DNA of 48,304 bases from a virus (lineage: Duplodnaviria; Caudoviricetes). Positions 1-7,875 of the stretch are shown here, piece after piece. Under the pieces are notes generated by a model, which ran no database searches, was not told the DNA's origin, and saw nothing but the letters and a program-made list of their open reading frames with translations. The DNA is taken from positions 1 through 48,304 of the IMG/VR virus record IMGVR_UViG_3300037424_001203. The stretch is one strand, 5' to 3'. Numbering within the stretch: position 1 is the first letter of the stretch; each line of letters opens with the position of its first letter. Both the position numbers and the translations under genes were made by a program.

Positions 1-285
1 GCGGTCGCTAGCGCGGTCGGAAGCGCGGTCCGCAGCGCGGTCCGAAGCGCGGTCCGAAGCGCGGTCGGAAGCGCGGTCGGAAGCGCGGTCGATAGCGCGG
101 TCGGAAGCGCGGTCGGAAGCGCGGTCGATAGCGCGGTCCGAAGCGCGGTCCGAAGCGCGGTCCGAAGCGCGGTCGGAAGCGCGGTCGGAAGCGCGGTCGA
201 TAGCGCGGTCCGAAGCGCGGTCCGAAGCGCGGTCGGAAGCGCGGTCGGAAGCGCGGTCCGAAGCGCGGTCGGAAGCGCGGTCGAT
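1..285 (+). repeat. 12-bp tandem repeat GCGGTCnnnAGC (23 full units plus a partial), coding for A-V-x-S tetrapeptides
   Basis: Read directly: only the third codon varies (GGA, CGA, GAT, GCT, CGC); in frame with the ATG at 349. Confidence 0.97.
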
Positions 286-990
286 CCTCATGCGCGCTTC
301 CTCCTGGAATGTGCACGTCAAGGTGCCTATTACGAGTGGGGCGGCAATATGTGGCCCGCCTGGGCGGCGTGGATGACGTTCTTCACGGACGTCTGTGGCC
401 TTGAGATCGAAGCCGCGGACGCGCTCGCGGCATATGAAGTCGCCCACTCGCGCGGCGGTTTCTACTCGCTCAATGTTGATTATGCGATGGTCGCCGACCG
501 CCCTCGCCTACTCAAGCGCAATGCCGCTGGCCGTCTGCACGCCGATGTCGGGCCAGCGATCGAGTATCGCGACGGCTGGAACCTTTATTTCTGGCACGGC
601 ATGCAGATCCCGCGATCGCATGAGTGGATTATTTCCGAGCGCTCGAAACTGAGCCCGAACAAAATCGAGGCCGAGCCGAACGCCGAGTTGCGCCGCGTGA
701 TGCTCGAAGTGTTCGGCTTCGAGGCTTATTTGTCCGCCCGCAAGGCCAAAGTGATTGCGGCCGACGAGTTGCATGGCCAGCTGCGCCGGTTACTCGAGAT
801 CGACGTGGCCGGCGACAAGCTGCGCATCATCGAGGTCGACAACGGCTCGCTCGAGCCGGACGGCACGCGGCGGAAATTTCACCTTGGCGCCGCCCGCCGC
901 GACGGAAGGCCGCCCAAGACGCCCGCCGAGGCTATCGCCAACAGCTACGGCATCGCGCCGGAACACTACCGCGAGGCAGTGCGGACATGA
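1..990 (+). CDS. DUF6745-family protein with N-terminal SAVx repeats (5' end lies outside the window)
   Basis: Frame 1 is open from base 1 through the ATG at 349; motifs [46 protein letters not shown] resemble DUF6745. Confidence 0.85.
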   Translation, partial: AVASAVGSAVRSAVRSAVRSAVGSAVGSAVDSAVGSAVGSAVDSAVRSAVRSAVRSAVGSAVGSAVDSAVRSAVRSAVGSAVGSAVRSAVGSAVDPHARFLLECARQGAYYEWGGNMWPAWAAWMTFFTDVCGLEIEAADALAAYEVAHSRGGFYSLNVDYAMVADRPRLLKRNAAGRLHADVGPAIEYRDGWNLYFWHGMQIPRSHEWIISERSKLSPNKIEAEPNAELRRVMLEVFGFEAYLSARKAKVIAADELHGQLRRLLEIDVAGDKLRIIEVDNGSLEPDGTRRKFHLGAARRDGRPPKTPAEAIANSYGIAPEHYREAVRT

Positions 991-1060
991 TCCTGTCGAC
1001 GCGCCGGTCCCCATGCGCGGCCTGCAGGGTTTTTTGGAACTTCAACGAGAGGAGCGCGGC

Positions 1061-1354
1061 ATGAGTGAAGTCAAATTCGAAGGCTGGGCGATCGTCGAGC
1101 TGATGGGCCACCGCCAGCGCGGCGGGTATGTCAAAGACGTCGAAATGTTCGGCGGCAAGCTGCTGCGCGTCGACATTCCGGTCGACGACAAAGTAACCGT
1201 CACCGAGTTCTATGGCTGCTCGGCCTTGTACGCGCTGCGCCCCTGCAGCGAGGAGATCGTCAGGGATCACGTCAAGCGCGCCTATGACGGCGATCCGCGG
1301 CCGGTGCGGCAGATCGAATACCGGCCGGACGATGAGCAGGAGGCCGCGGCATAG
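1061..1354 (+). CDS. Conserved phage hypothetical protein (WAIVELMGH motif)
   Basis: GGAG RBS upstream of ATG 1061; familiar small phage protein motif. Confidence 0.8.
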   Translation: MSEVKFEGWAIVELMGHRQRGGYVKDVEMFGGKLLRVDIPVDDKVTVTEFYGCSALYALRPCSEEIVRDHVKRAYDGDPRPVRQIEYRPDDEQEAAA

Positions 1355-1356
1355 TC

Positions 1357-2277
1357 ATGCCTTACCCCACCCCCATCGAATGGACCGACGCCACCTGGAA
1401 CCCGGTCGGCGGTTGCTCGGTCAAGTCGCCGGGCTGCAAACCATGCTATGCGATGCAGCTCGCCGGCACGCGCCTGCACAAGCATCCGCTCTATGCCGGC
1501 ACGACGACGCGCGAGAACGGAAGGCCGGTGTTCAACGGCACAATGACCGTCGCGCCCGACGATCATCCGGTATGGACCTGGCCGCTGAGCTGGCGCGGCG
1601 CCCGAGAGCCCAAACTCGGCGCCGGCCGGCCGTCCCTTATTTTTGTCGGCGACATGGCCGACCTGTATCACGAGAAGCGCGATCCTGCCGTGATCGACCG
1701 AACTGTTGGCACGATCAGCCAGTCGAAACATATCGGCCAACTTCTAACCAAGCGCCCCGCCGGCATGGCAAAGTACTTCTATCGGTTGCGCGAGCGGCGC
1801 TACCGCGGTGACGTCGACTGCGCAATCCGCGGCGATCTAAGATATCACCTTTGGCTCGGCGTCTCGGCCGAGCGGCAGCGCGAGTTCGACGCGCGCTGGC
1901 CGCACCTGAGAAGCCTCGCCGACATGGGCTTCACCGTGTTCGTCTCCTACGAGCCGGCGCTCGGTCCGCTCAAACTGCCGAAGGATTTTCTGGCCCTGGG
2001 CATGCGCGCCTGGCTGATCGCCGGCGGCGTCAGCGGCCGCTGGCCCTGGGCGCCGGACCCGGACTGGTTTCGCAGCGTTCGCGACCAGTGCGCGCCCGCC
2101 GACGTGCCGTTCTTTTTCAAGCAATGGGGCAAATGGCGGCCGGCGCCCGAGATCGTCGACGCCAAGGGACCCAGCTTCAAGCACTTCCGATCGGGCTGGA
2201 TGCAGAATTACGGCCACGAGGAGATCGGCCGAAAGCTCGACGATGTCGAACACAACGCGTTTCCGCGCGCGGCATGA
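1357..2277 (+). CDS. DUF5131 (phage Gp37/Gp68) family, radical-SAM-like protein
   Basis: IEWTDATWNPVGGCSVKSPGCKPCYA (CxxxxxxCxxC), LLTKRP, VSYEPALG, VPFFFKQWG. Confidence 0.93.
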   Translation: MPYPTPIEWTDATWNPVGGCSVKSPGCKPCYAMQLAGTRLHKHPLYAGTTTRENGRPVFNGTMTVAPDDHPVWTWPLSWRGAREPKLGAGRPSLIFVGDMADLYHEKRDPAVIDRTVGTISQSKHIGQLLTKRPAGMAKYFYRLRERRYRGDVDCAIRGDLRYHLWLGVSAERQREFDARWPHLRSLADMGFTVFVSYEPALGPLKLPKDFLALGMRAWLIAGGVSGRWPWAPDPDWFRSVRDQCAPADVPFFFKQWGKWRPAPEIVDAKGPSFKHFRSGWMQNYGHEEIGRKLDDVEHNAFPRAA

Positions 2278-2315
2278 GATCAAGAACCGCCTACGAAACA
2301 GCGGCTTAGTCCATT

Positions 2316-2331
2316 TTATTAAACTTTTAAC
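2316..2331 (+). promoter_or_regulatory. AT-rich intergenic stretch with CtrA-box-like TTAT-N7-TTAAC
   Basis: One mismatch to TTAA-N7-TTAAC, upstream of the gene at 2390. Confidence 0.3.
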
Positions 2332-2389
2332 CCAAGCCCCGCATTCTGCCGCCAGCCCGTGAGGAATCGCGGGCGCGTCGGAGTTTGTC

Positions 2390-2779
2390 ATGGCCACCGC
2401 AGCCCTCGCCACCACCCGCAAGGCCAAGCCGTCGGCCAAGATGCTCGCCGACCGCCGCGCCACCGCCGAGAAGCGGCTCGCGCTCGAGATCAAGCTCGCC
2501 AAGCCCTACGCCGAGATCGCCGAGCTCGACGCCAGGCTCAAGCAGATCGCCACCGACACCGACAGCTTCAAGGAGAATTTCGGCAAGCGCGGCTATGTCA
2601 GCGCCGCCGGCGCGGTGGCGGCCGAGTTCAAGGGCAAGGTGCCGCAGCTGGTCAATGAAAAATGGCTGGCGCTGCCGAAGGCCGAGCGCGACAAGCTGGT
2701 CAAGTCCGGCCTGGTCACCATCATCAATCAATACGGCAAGGCCAGCAACGGCCGCGTCACCGTCAAGGTGCTGTCATGA
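2390..2779 (+). CDS. Hypothetical phage protein (basic, coiled-coil N-terminus)
   Basis: GGAG RBS, strong GC3 bias, ATGA coupling to the next gene. Confidence 0.8.
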   Translation: MATAALATTRKAKPSAKMLADRRATAEKRLALEIKLAKPYAEIAELDARLKQIATDTDSFKENFGKRGYVSAAGAVAAEFKGKVPQLVNEKWLALPKAERDKLVKSGLVTIINQYGKASNGRVTVKVLS

Positions 2780-3072
2780 TCGTCCCGAGCAACGGCCGCA
2801 TCGTTCTCTTTCACCCTGGCGAATTTTTCCAGGGCCGCCAGTACGACAAGGCCCAGCCGCTCGGCGCCATGATCGTGCATGTGTTCGACGCCCGCACCGT
2901 CAACCTCACCGTCATGGACAGCACCGGCCATCCCTGCGCGGCGCAACGGGTGCCGCTGCTGCAGGACGATGACACACCGCCGGCCGACGGTCCCTATGCC
3001 GAGTGGATGGCCTACCAGAAGGGCCAGGCCGCCAAGACCGAGGCGCTCGAGCAAAAGCTGGCGGGCAGTTGA
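2776..3072 (+). CDS. Conserved phage hypothetical protein (PSxGRIV...VNLTVxD...W motif)
   Basis: ATGA overlap with the upstream gene; recurring phage motif. Confidence 0.8.
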   Translation: MIVPSNGRIVLFHPGEFFQGRQYDKAQPLGAMIVHVFDARTVNLTVMDSTGHPCAAQRVPLLQDDDTPPADGPYAEWMAYQKGQAAKTEALEQKLAGS

Positions 3073-3491
3073 TGGCCGCGCCCAAGCGCAAAACCCGCGC
3101 GCAGCTCGAGGCCGATCTCGCCGACACGGCCGCCTGCCTCACGACCATGCGCGAGGAACGCAACGCGGCGGCCTACCATGCCGAGGAGCTGCGCAAGAAA
3201 CTCGACGAGGTCAAGGAACGCCTCGCCTTCGCCGAGCGCGAAAACCAGCGCATGCGCGGCTATCTCGAGCGCGTCCAGGAAGACGACGTCGTGCGCGAGG
3301 AGCTGATCGCCACCGGCGAGCCCGACGGCGGGCAGCGCCTGGTCCCAAAACGCAAGCCGACGATTTTCGCGCCGCAGATGTGCACCAGCGCGCCGGAAGA
3401 TGCCCATGGCATCATCAATCGAGCGGCGGAATGGAGCGGCCGCAGCAATCCGCGGCCGAGGCCGAAGCCGCGCGATTGGGTCACGTACTGA
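3072..3491 (+). CDS. Hypothetical coiled-coil protein
   Basis: TGATG coupling on both sides; heptad-rich sequence. Confidence 0.75.
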   Translation: MAAPKRKTRAQLEADLADTAACLTTMREERNAAAYHAEELRKKLDEVKERLAFAERENQRMRGYLERVQEDDVVREELIATGEPDGGQRLVPKRKPTIFAPQMCTSAPEDAHGIINRAAEWSGRSNPRPRPKPRDWVTY

Positions 3492-3862
3492 TGGCCCGCT
3501 ATCGGAAAAAACCGGTTGTCATCGAAGCCGTACGCTGGCGCGGCTACAACTCCAATCTCGGCGTCACTACCGAAGCACCGGATCAGCCGACCGAAATCAC
3601 GCATGAGAACATGCATGGCATCGAGTGGGAGCCGCTGCCGGATTGGATGCCAAAGCCGCTGCCTGAATGCAGATGGGGCAGCAACAGCAGATTGCCCGCC
3701 CAGCCCGGCGAGATCCTTCGCGACGGCGATTTTATCTATATAGGCACGCTCGAGGGCGAGATGTGCGCCGCGCCCGGCGACTGGATCATTCGCGGAGTCG
3801 CCGGCGAAATCTACCCGTGCAAACCCGAAATTTTTGCCACCACTTATGAGAGGGCCGAATGA
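3491..3862 (+). CDS. Conserved phage protein (YRKKPVVIEA...TLEG...PGDWII.GV.GE.YPCKPEIF..TYE family)
   Basis: Highly recognisable motif pair; TGATG coupling. Confidence 0.88.
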   Translation: MARYRKKPVVIEAVRWRGYNSNLGVTTEAPDQPTEITHENMHGIEWEPLPDWMPKPLPECRWGSNSRLPAQPGEILRDGDFIYIGTLEGEMCAAPGDWIIRGVAGEIYPCKPEIFATTYERAE

Positions 3863-4263
3863 GCCTGCAGTCCAGCGATAAGGAAGCGGCCGCCCACGCT
3901 GTCGCCCCACGAGTCACCCTCGCCGATATCGAAGCCGCGATCGCCGCGCGCTACGACACCACCGCCGACCGTGCGGTCGCCGGCTTGACGTCGACCACCA
4001 TCGCCGAAAGCGCGCCCCGCGCCAACCTCTGGCTATTGTCGATCTGCATCCTGGTGATGAAAAACGGCTTTGTCGTCGTCGGCACCAGCGCGCCGGCATC
4101 GCCGGACAACTTCAATGCCGAGTTAGGCCGCAATCTCGCCTACGAACACGCCGTCCGCCAGCTCTGGCCGCTGATGGGCTTCGCGTTGCGCGACAAACTC
4201 GCTTATCCGCCGGTCGTTTATCCGCCGCAAGAAACTGGCGGCGATGCGGCTGCCGGCACCTGA
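3859..4263 (+). CDS. N4 gp49 / Sf6 gp66 family protein (candidate nucleotide-signal sponge)
   Basis: APRVTLADIE, LSICILVMKNGFVVVGTSAPASPDNFNAELGR, LWPLMGFAL. Confidence 0.88.
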   Translation: MSLQSSDKEAAAHAVAPRVTLADIEAAIAARYDTTADRAVAGLTSTTIAESAPRANLWLLSICILVMKNGFVVVGTSAPASPDNFNAELGRNLAYEHAVRQLWPLMGFALRDKLAYPPVVYPPQETGGDAAAGT

Positions 4264-4535
4264 AAACCACCGTCGAGATCCTGGCCGGCCGCCATCGCGG
4301 CAAGGTCGGCTGGATCCACGGCGAGCTCGGCAATCTCAATCCCGGCCAGACCAAGGCCTGGGTGCGCCTGGGCAGGAGCTATTCGGCCGTGCCGATCGCT
4401 AGACTAGGCGCGCCCAATCGCCGCGCAGCCAGCGAGGAGCAGCTAACGCTGGATTTTCGCGAGGTTCCAGCACAACACCGCCGACGCGCGTCAAATGTAG
4501 GTCTACCTGGTTCAGCCAGCCGCGAGAAATGTTGA
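4260..4535 (+). CDS. Probable KOW-motif small protein with CTG start (absent from the ORF track)
   Basis: CTGA overlap with the stop of 3859..4263; VEILAGRHRGKVGWI is KOW-like; contains QLTLDF clamp-binding-like motif; phage-like codon bias. Confidence 0.5.
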   Translation: MKTTVEILAGRHRGKVGWIHGELGNLNPGQTKAWVRLGRSYSAVPIARLGAPNRRAASEEQLTLDFREVPAQHRRRASNVGLPGSASREKC

Positions 4536-5274
4536 CGATGCAGCCGGCGTCTGCCCCATCGTCAAACCGATTGGCCACCTTGAGCGCGGCCGGCTCGTCG
4601 GTCTCGAGCGCGATCTTCTGCGCCAGCATGACGTCGCCGGCGACCAGCGGACCTTCCGGCAGGAAGCACCAGCCGCAGACCTTGGCGCCATCGGCCCCGA
4701 GCTCATCGATGTTCATCTGGCGGCCGTACCGGATCCGATAGCGCTTGCCGCTGTGCGAGCCGATGACCTCGAAGCTTTGCGATTTTTCGTATTGCGCCAG
4801 CTGCGCGGGCGACAGCCAGTCGCGCAGCAGCTTGAGCCCGCGCGCGTTGGCTTCCGGCGTGCCAGCCTCGTTGACGACACCGCCCATCAAGGCCCGGACC
4901 ATTTCCCAGTGCGCGTCGCTATACAGCTGCGCCATCGTTTCTTCGCGGGCAACCTCGGCCCAAACGAGGTGATCCCGCCGAACGTGGATCTCGCCTTCGG
5001 CCAGGTGGTTATAGAGATTGAAGATCTCGCGTTCGGACCGCGCAACAAAGTCGCCGTCCGTCATGTACGGGGCCGCCCGTCCAAAACACTCCCGCGGAAG
5101 GTCGATGTTGAACGGCGGGCCGCCAGTGAACATCAAGCTGACAATCACCGCGCCGCGATCGAGGTCGGATCGCAGGCGCACGCGTTCCAGCGGCAAGGGC
5201 CGCCGGCCGGTCTCCTCCAACAGACGACTGATTTCCCGCTCGACGATGTCGCGCGGATGCCGCGCGACCCACAT
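4399..5274 (-). CDS. Uncharacterised partner of the GG-terminated protein (C-terminal RYRI...NI...WCFLP...GDVMLAQKIALE.DE..ALKVAN domain)
   Basis: ATG at 5274 lies 1 nt after the stop of 5276..5497; motif-like C-terminal domain. Confidence 0.8.
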   Translation of the reverse strand: MWVARHPRDIVEREISRLLEETGRRPLPLERVRLRSDLDRGAVIVSLMFTGGPPFNIDLPRECFGRAAPYMTDGDFVARSEREIFNLYNHLAEGEIHVRRDHLVWAEVAREETMAQLYSDAHWEMVRALMGGVVNEAGTPEANARGLKLLRDWLSPAQLAQYEKSQSFEVIGSHSGKRYRIRYGRQMNIDELGADGAKVCGWCFLPEGPLVAGDVMLAQKIALETDEPAALKVANRFDDGADAGCIVNISRGWLNQVDLHLTRVGGVVLEPRENPALAAPRWLRGDWARLV

Positions 5275-5275
5275 A

Positions 5276-5497
5276 TCAGCCGCCCTGCAGCCGCGGAAAA
5301 AACAGCACTTCCTCGGCATCCGGATTGAAGGCCCGCACCACTTGCGTCTTGCCGGGCCCGACGCGCTCGGCCGCCGTGAAGCCCAGGCCAGTCAGTTCCT
5401 TGAATCGCGCCTCGGCCGCGGCGATCTCTTCGACGTCGCCGGCCTTGAACTCGTGGCGGGTGTCGCCGGTGTGATCCATGACGATCTGTGTCGGCAT
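5276..5497 (-). CDS. 73-aa ubiquitin-like / MoaD-ThiS-like (beta-grasp) protein with C-terminal GG
   Basis: AGGAGG RBS; ends EEVLFFPRLQGG-stop (cf. MoaD DEVAFFPPVTGG); beta-beta-alpha-beta-beta-beta pattern. Confidence 0.8.
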   Translation of the reverse strand: MPTQIVMDHTGDTRHEFKAGDVEEIAAAEARFKELTGLGFTAAERVGPGKTQVVRAFNPDAEEVLFFPRLQGG

Positions 5498-5551
5498 AAG
5501 CGTACCTCCTCGGTGAAGTTGTAGCAGCTTAGCCGATTTGCCTAACAAACG

Positions 5552-5589
5552 AAAAAAGCCCGCCGCCGGCGCGAGGCCGACGGCGGGTT
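5552..5589 (-). terminator. Rho-independent terminator after the lysis cassette
   Basis: GC hairpin 5558-5589 followed by T6 on the minus strand. Confidence 0.8.
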
Positions 5590-5651
5590 GCAGGTGCAGA
5601 CAGCCCGGCGTGTGGACCGGGCCTCGATCGGCGGACATTGCCGCCGAAAGC

Positions 5652-5918
5652 CTAGCGGCGCAGCTCGACCTCGCGCATGCGCCGGCGCAGATCCGCGATC
5701 TCGCTGCGCGCGTCGTCGGTTTTGACCTCGACGGCCGCCAGCGTTTTCTTGATCTCGCCGACACCGTCGGAAACCTTGTCGATTTTAGCCGAGATCGCGG
5801 TCTGCCCCTGACCTTGAAAATAGAGTTGCGTCGTCGACGTCCCCCAGGCGACCGCCATCAGCAGCGCGGCGGCGATCACCGGCCAATAAGAGCGCGTGAA
5901 TTCGCCGAGTTTTTCCAC
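5652..5918 (-). CDS. Single-TM plus coiled-coil lysis-region protein
   Basis: GTG start with GGAG RBS; TM segment YWPVIAAALLMAVAWG then coiled coil. Confidence 0.7.
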   Translation of the reverse strand: MEKLGEFTRSYWPVIAAALLMAVAWGTSTTQLYFQGQGQTAISAKIDKVSDGVGEIKKTLAAVEVKTDDARSEIADLRRRMREVELRR

Positions 5919-5919
5919 G

Positions 5920-6183
5920 TCACGTCTCCTCGCCGCCATAGAGCGTCCGCTCGGCCGCCTTGCAGGCGTTGCCGTCCTCGATCCGCTGGTTTGCCTCGTC
6001 GACCTTGGCCGCCCATTTGCCGGTCCGCACCCCGAGATCCTCAGCCGCCACCACCGCCGGATAGTCGACCTTGGCCTGGTCGCAGTTAGCGGACAGGTTT
6101 ACAGCCGGGGGCTTTGTGTCCAACGATCGCGCACAGCCGCCGATCGTCGTCGCCAGTAGCAGCGCGGCAGCCGCGCGCCGCAT
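5920..6183 (-). CDS. o-spanin (Rz1-like outer-membrane lipoprotein)
   Basis: MRRAAAALLLATTIGGC lipobox; overlaps the 3' end of the i-spanin in another frame. Confidence 0.75.
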   Translation of the reverse strand: MRRAAAALLLATTIGGCARSLDTKPPAVNLSANCDQAKVDYPAVVAAEDLGVRTGKWAAKVDEANQRIEDGNACKAAERTLYGGEET

Positions 6184-6550
6184 CTTTAAGCTTGCCGGCC
6201 TTGGCCTGCCATTGCGCGATTTGTTCATTGGCCTGTGCCCTCTTTTCCGCCAGCTCGGCGAGCTGGCGCGTCCGCAGGCCCGCCGTCAGCTCGGCCGCCG
6301 CGAGATCCCGCTCGGCCGCCGCGAGCTTCATTTCGGTTTCGGCCAGCCGGCCGGCGGCGATGCAATCGGCCGCGCCCAGCGTCTTGCCATAGGCCGCCGC
6401 GCCGACGCTCGCGCCGGCGACGATCAGCGCCAAGCCGATGTAACGGAAATAAGCGAAGACATAGAGCCCGCCGGCGACCAGCGCGGCCGCCACGATATAA
6501 TCGAGCGCGATGCCGAAGATCGGAAAGCCCAGCCCGATCAGATCCAGCAT
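6086..6550 (-). CDS. i-spanin (Rz-like)
   Basis: N-terminal TM segments then Ala-rich coiled coil; directly after the endolysin. Confidence 0.75.
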   Translation of the reverse strand: MLDLIGLGFPIFGIALDYIVAAALVAGGLYVFAYFRYIGLALIVAGASVGAAAYGKTLGAADCIAAGRLAETEMKLAAAERDLAAAELTAGLRTRQLAELAEKRAQANEQIAQWQAKAGKLKDAARGCRAATGDDDRRLCAIVGHKAPGCKPVR

Positions 6551-7479
6551 CAGCCGCCCTCCCAGAACTGCCGGTATTTGCCGCGCCGCAGCGTCAGCAC
6601 GTTGCGGACATGGCCGCGGTTGATCGAAAACCACGACCGGCCGCCATAGCCCTTTTGGGGGCTGCGCGACTTGACCGAATGCGTCTCGATATGGCCGAAC
6701 CAGCGCGTGACGTCGCAGCCGGCGGCGTTGGCGCACATGCGCCGGTCCTTGAGCAGGCCACCGAGCCCGCCGTTGTAGCTCGACAGCGTGAAGGCCCATT
6801 GCGCCGTCACGTCGGCCGCCGGCGGCACGCGCCGCCACAGCCCATGCGTCATCGCGACGATCGCGGCGAGCTGATAGCCGGGATCGTAGCGGTCGGCCCA
6901 GCGCCAGGTACGCAGCGAATGATGCGCCTTGACCAATTCGTCGAACTTGTTGAAGCGCTCGGAGCCGTCGGCGTTAGTGGCGACCGTGATCTGACCGAAG
7001 CCGAAGCCGTATTCGCGGGCCGTCTTGAGCTCGGCGCGCGGGTTCCAGCAACGGCTATGTTTGAGCGAAATGCACGATTCCTGCTCGACCAGGCCGGCCA
7101 GCGTCCAGGGCTGCGGCGCACCCGGCCAGGCCGCGCGCTGCTTTTCGACCAGCACCGGCGCGTAGCGGCGCGCGCCAGGCGGCACGAAGGGACGCGGCGT
7201 GTCGACTTTCGCGACCGCCTTGGCGGGCGGAAAAACCGGCACGACGGCCGGCGGAACCGGAATCGCAACGGCGCGCGGCCGCGGCAAGGGTATGCGCGCG
7301 GCACGTATACCCGGCACTCGCGCGACTCGCCGGGGTCCCGGCAGTGGCGCCGCGGTCCCAGGGTGGGGTTTTGCGTCATGTGGAATGGCCGCCGACTTTT
7401 CCTGCATTGTGGGCGGACGCGACTGGCAGCCGGCCAGCAGCAGCGCCAGGCCGGCCAGGCCCAGCGCAACAAGCCTCAC
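6550..7479 (-). CDS. Endolysin, SLT-type lytic transglycosylase with N-terminal lipoprotein signal and Pro-rich linker
   Basis: LVEQES catalytic Glu, GFGQIT, SSYNGG motifs; GTG start overlapping the holin stop; LALLLAGC lipobox. Confidence 0.88.
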   Translation of the reverse strand: MRLVALGLAGLALLLAGCQSRPPTMQEKSAAIPHDAKPHPGTAAPLPGPRRVARVPGIRAARIPLPRPRAVAIPVPPAVVPVFPPAKAVAKVDTPRPFVPPGARRYAPVLVEKQRAAWPGAPQPWTLAGLVEQESCISLKHSRCWNPRAELKTAREYGFGFGQITVATNADGSERFNKFDELVKAHHSLRTWRWADRYDPGYQLAAIVAMTHGLWRRVPPAADVTAQWAFTLSSYNGGLGGLLKDRRMCANAAGCDVTRWFGHIETHSVKSRSPQKGYGGRSWFSINRGHVRNVLTLRRGKYRQFWEGG

Positions 7480-7799
7480 GCCTTGCCCCAAATGGCCAGC
7501 GACAGGATCAGCGCCGACATGAAGATCATGAGCCCGAGCACCACCAGGCCGGCGCCGACATTGCCGGCAAGCGCGGCCGTGACATGGGCGCCCAGGCGGA
7601 TCTGCGGAAAGGTGTGCCGCGAGATGATGATGGCGAAGCCGCACAGCGCGCCGAAGAACACCACCCACTGCAGCAGCGTCTTGGCCATCACCGGGTCGAT
7701 CAGCCAGACCACGCCGACGCAGGCCGCGATCAGCGCCCAGGCGGTCGGATCGGTGAACGGCGCGACGCGGGCGCGCAGCGCCAACAGGAAATCGACCAT
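7476..7799 (-). CDS. Putative holin (3 TM segments)
   Basis: Hydrophobic 107-aa protein immediately upstream of the endolysin; GGAGG RBS. Confidence 0.75.
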   Translation of the reverse strand: MVDFLLALRARVAPFTDPTAWALIAACVGVVWLIDPVMAKTLLQWVVFFGALCGFAIIISRHTFPQIRLGAHVTAALAGNVGAGLVVLGLMIFMSALILSLAIWGKA

Positions 7800-7875
7800 T
7801 GGACCCTCCAAAAATCGTGTCGACAGCCGCTACTTGCGACTAGGCAAGGTGCAACCAGAGCGGTAAGATCGTCTC

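Noticed and set aside
1-285. Possible CRISPR array
   Set aside because: 12-bp contiguous units with no unique spacers, coding in frame, and no cas genes
8-316. Minus-strand RFRP/RFGP repeat ORF
   Set aside because: Antisense shadow of the + strand AVxS repeat, which is in frame with the DUF6745 domain
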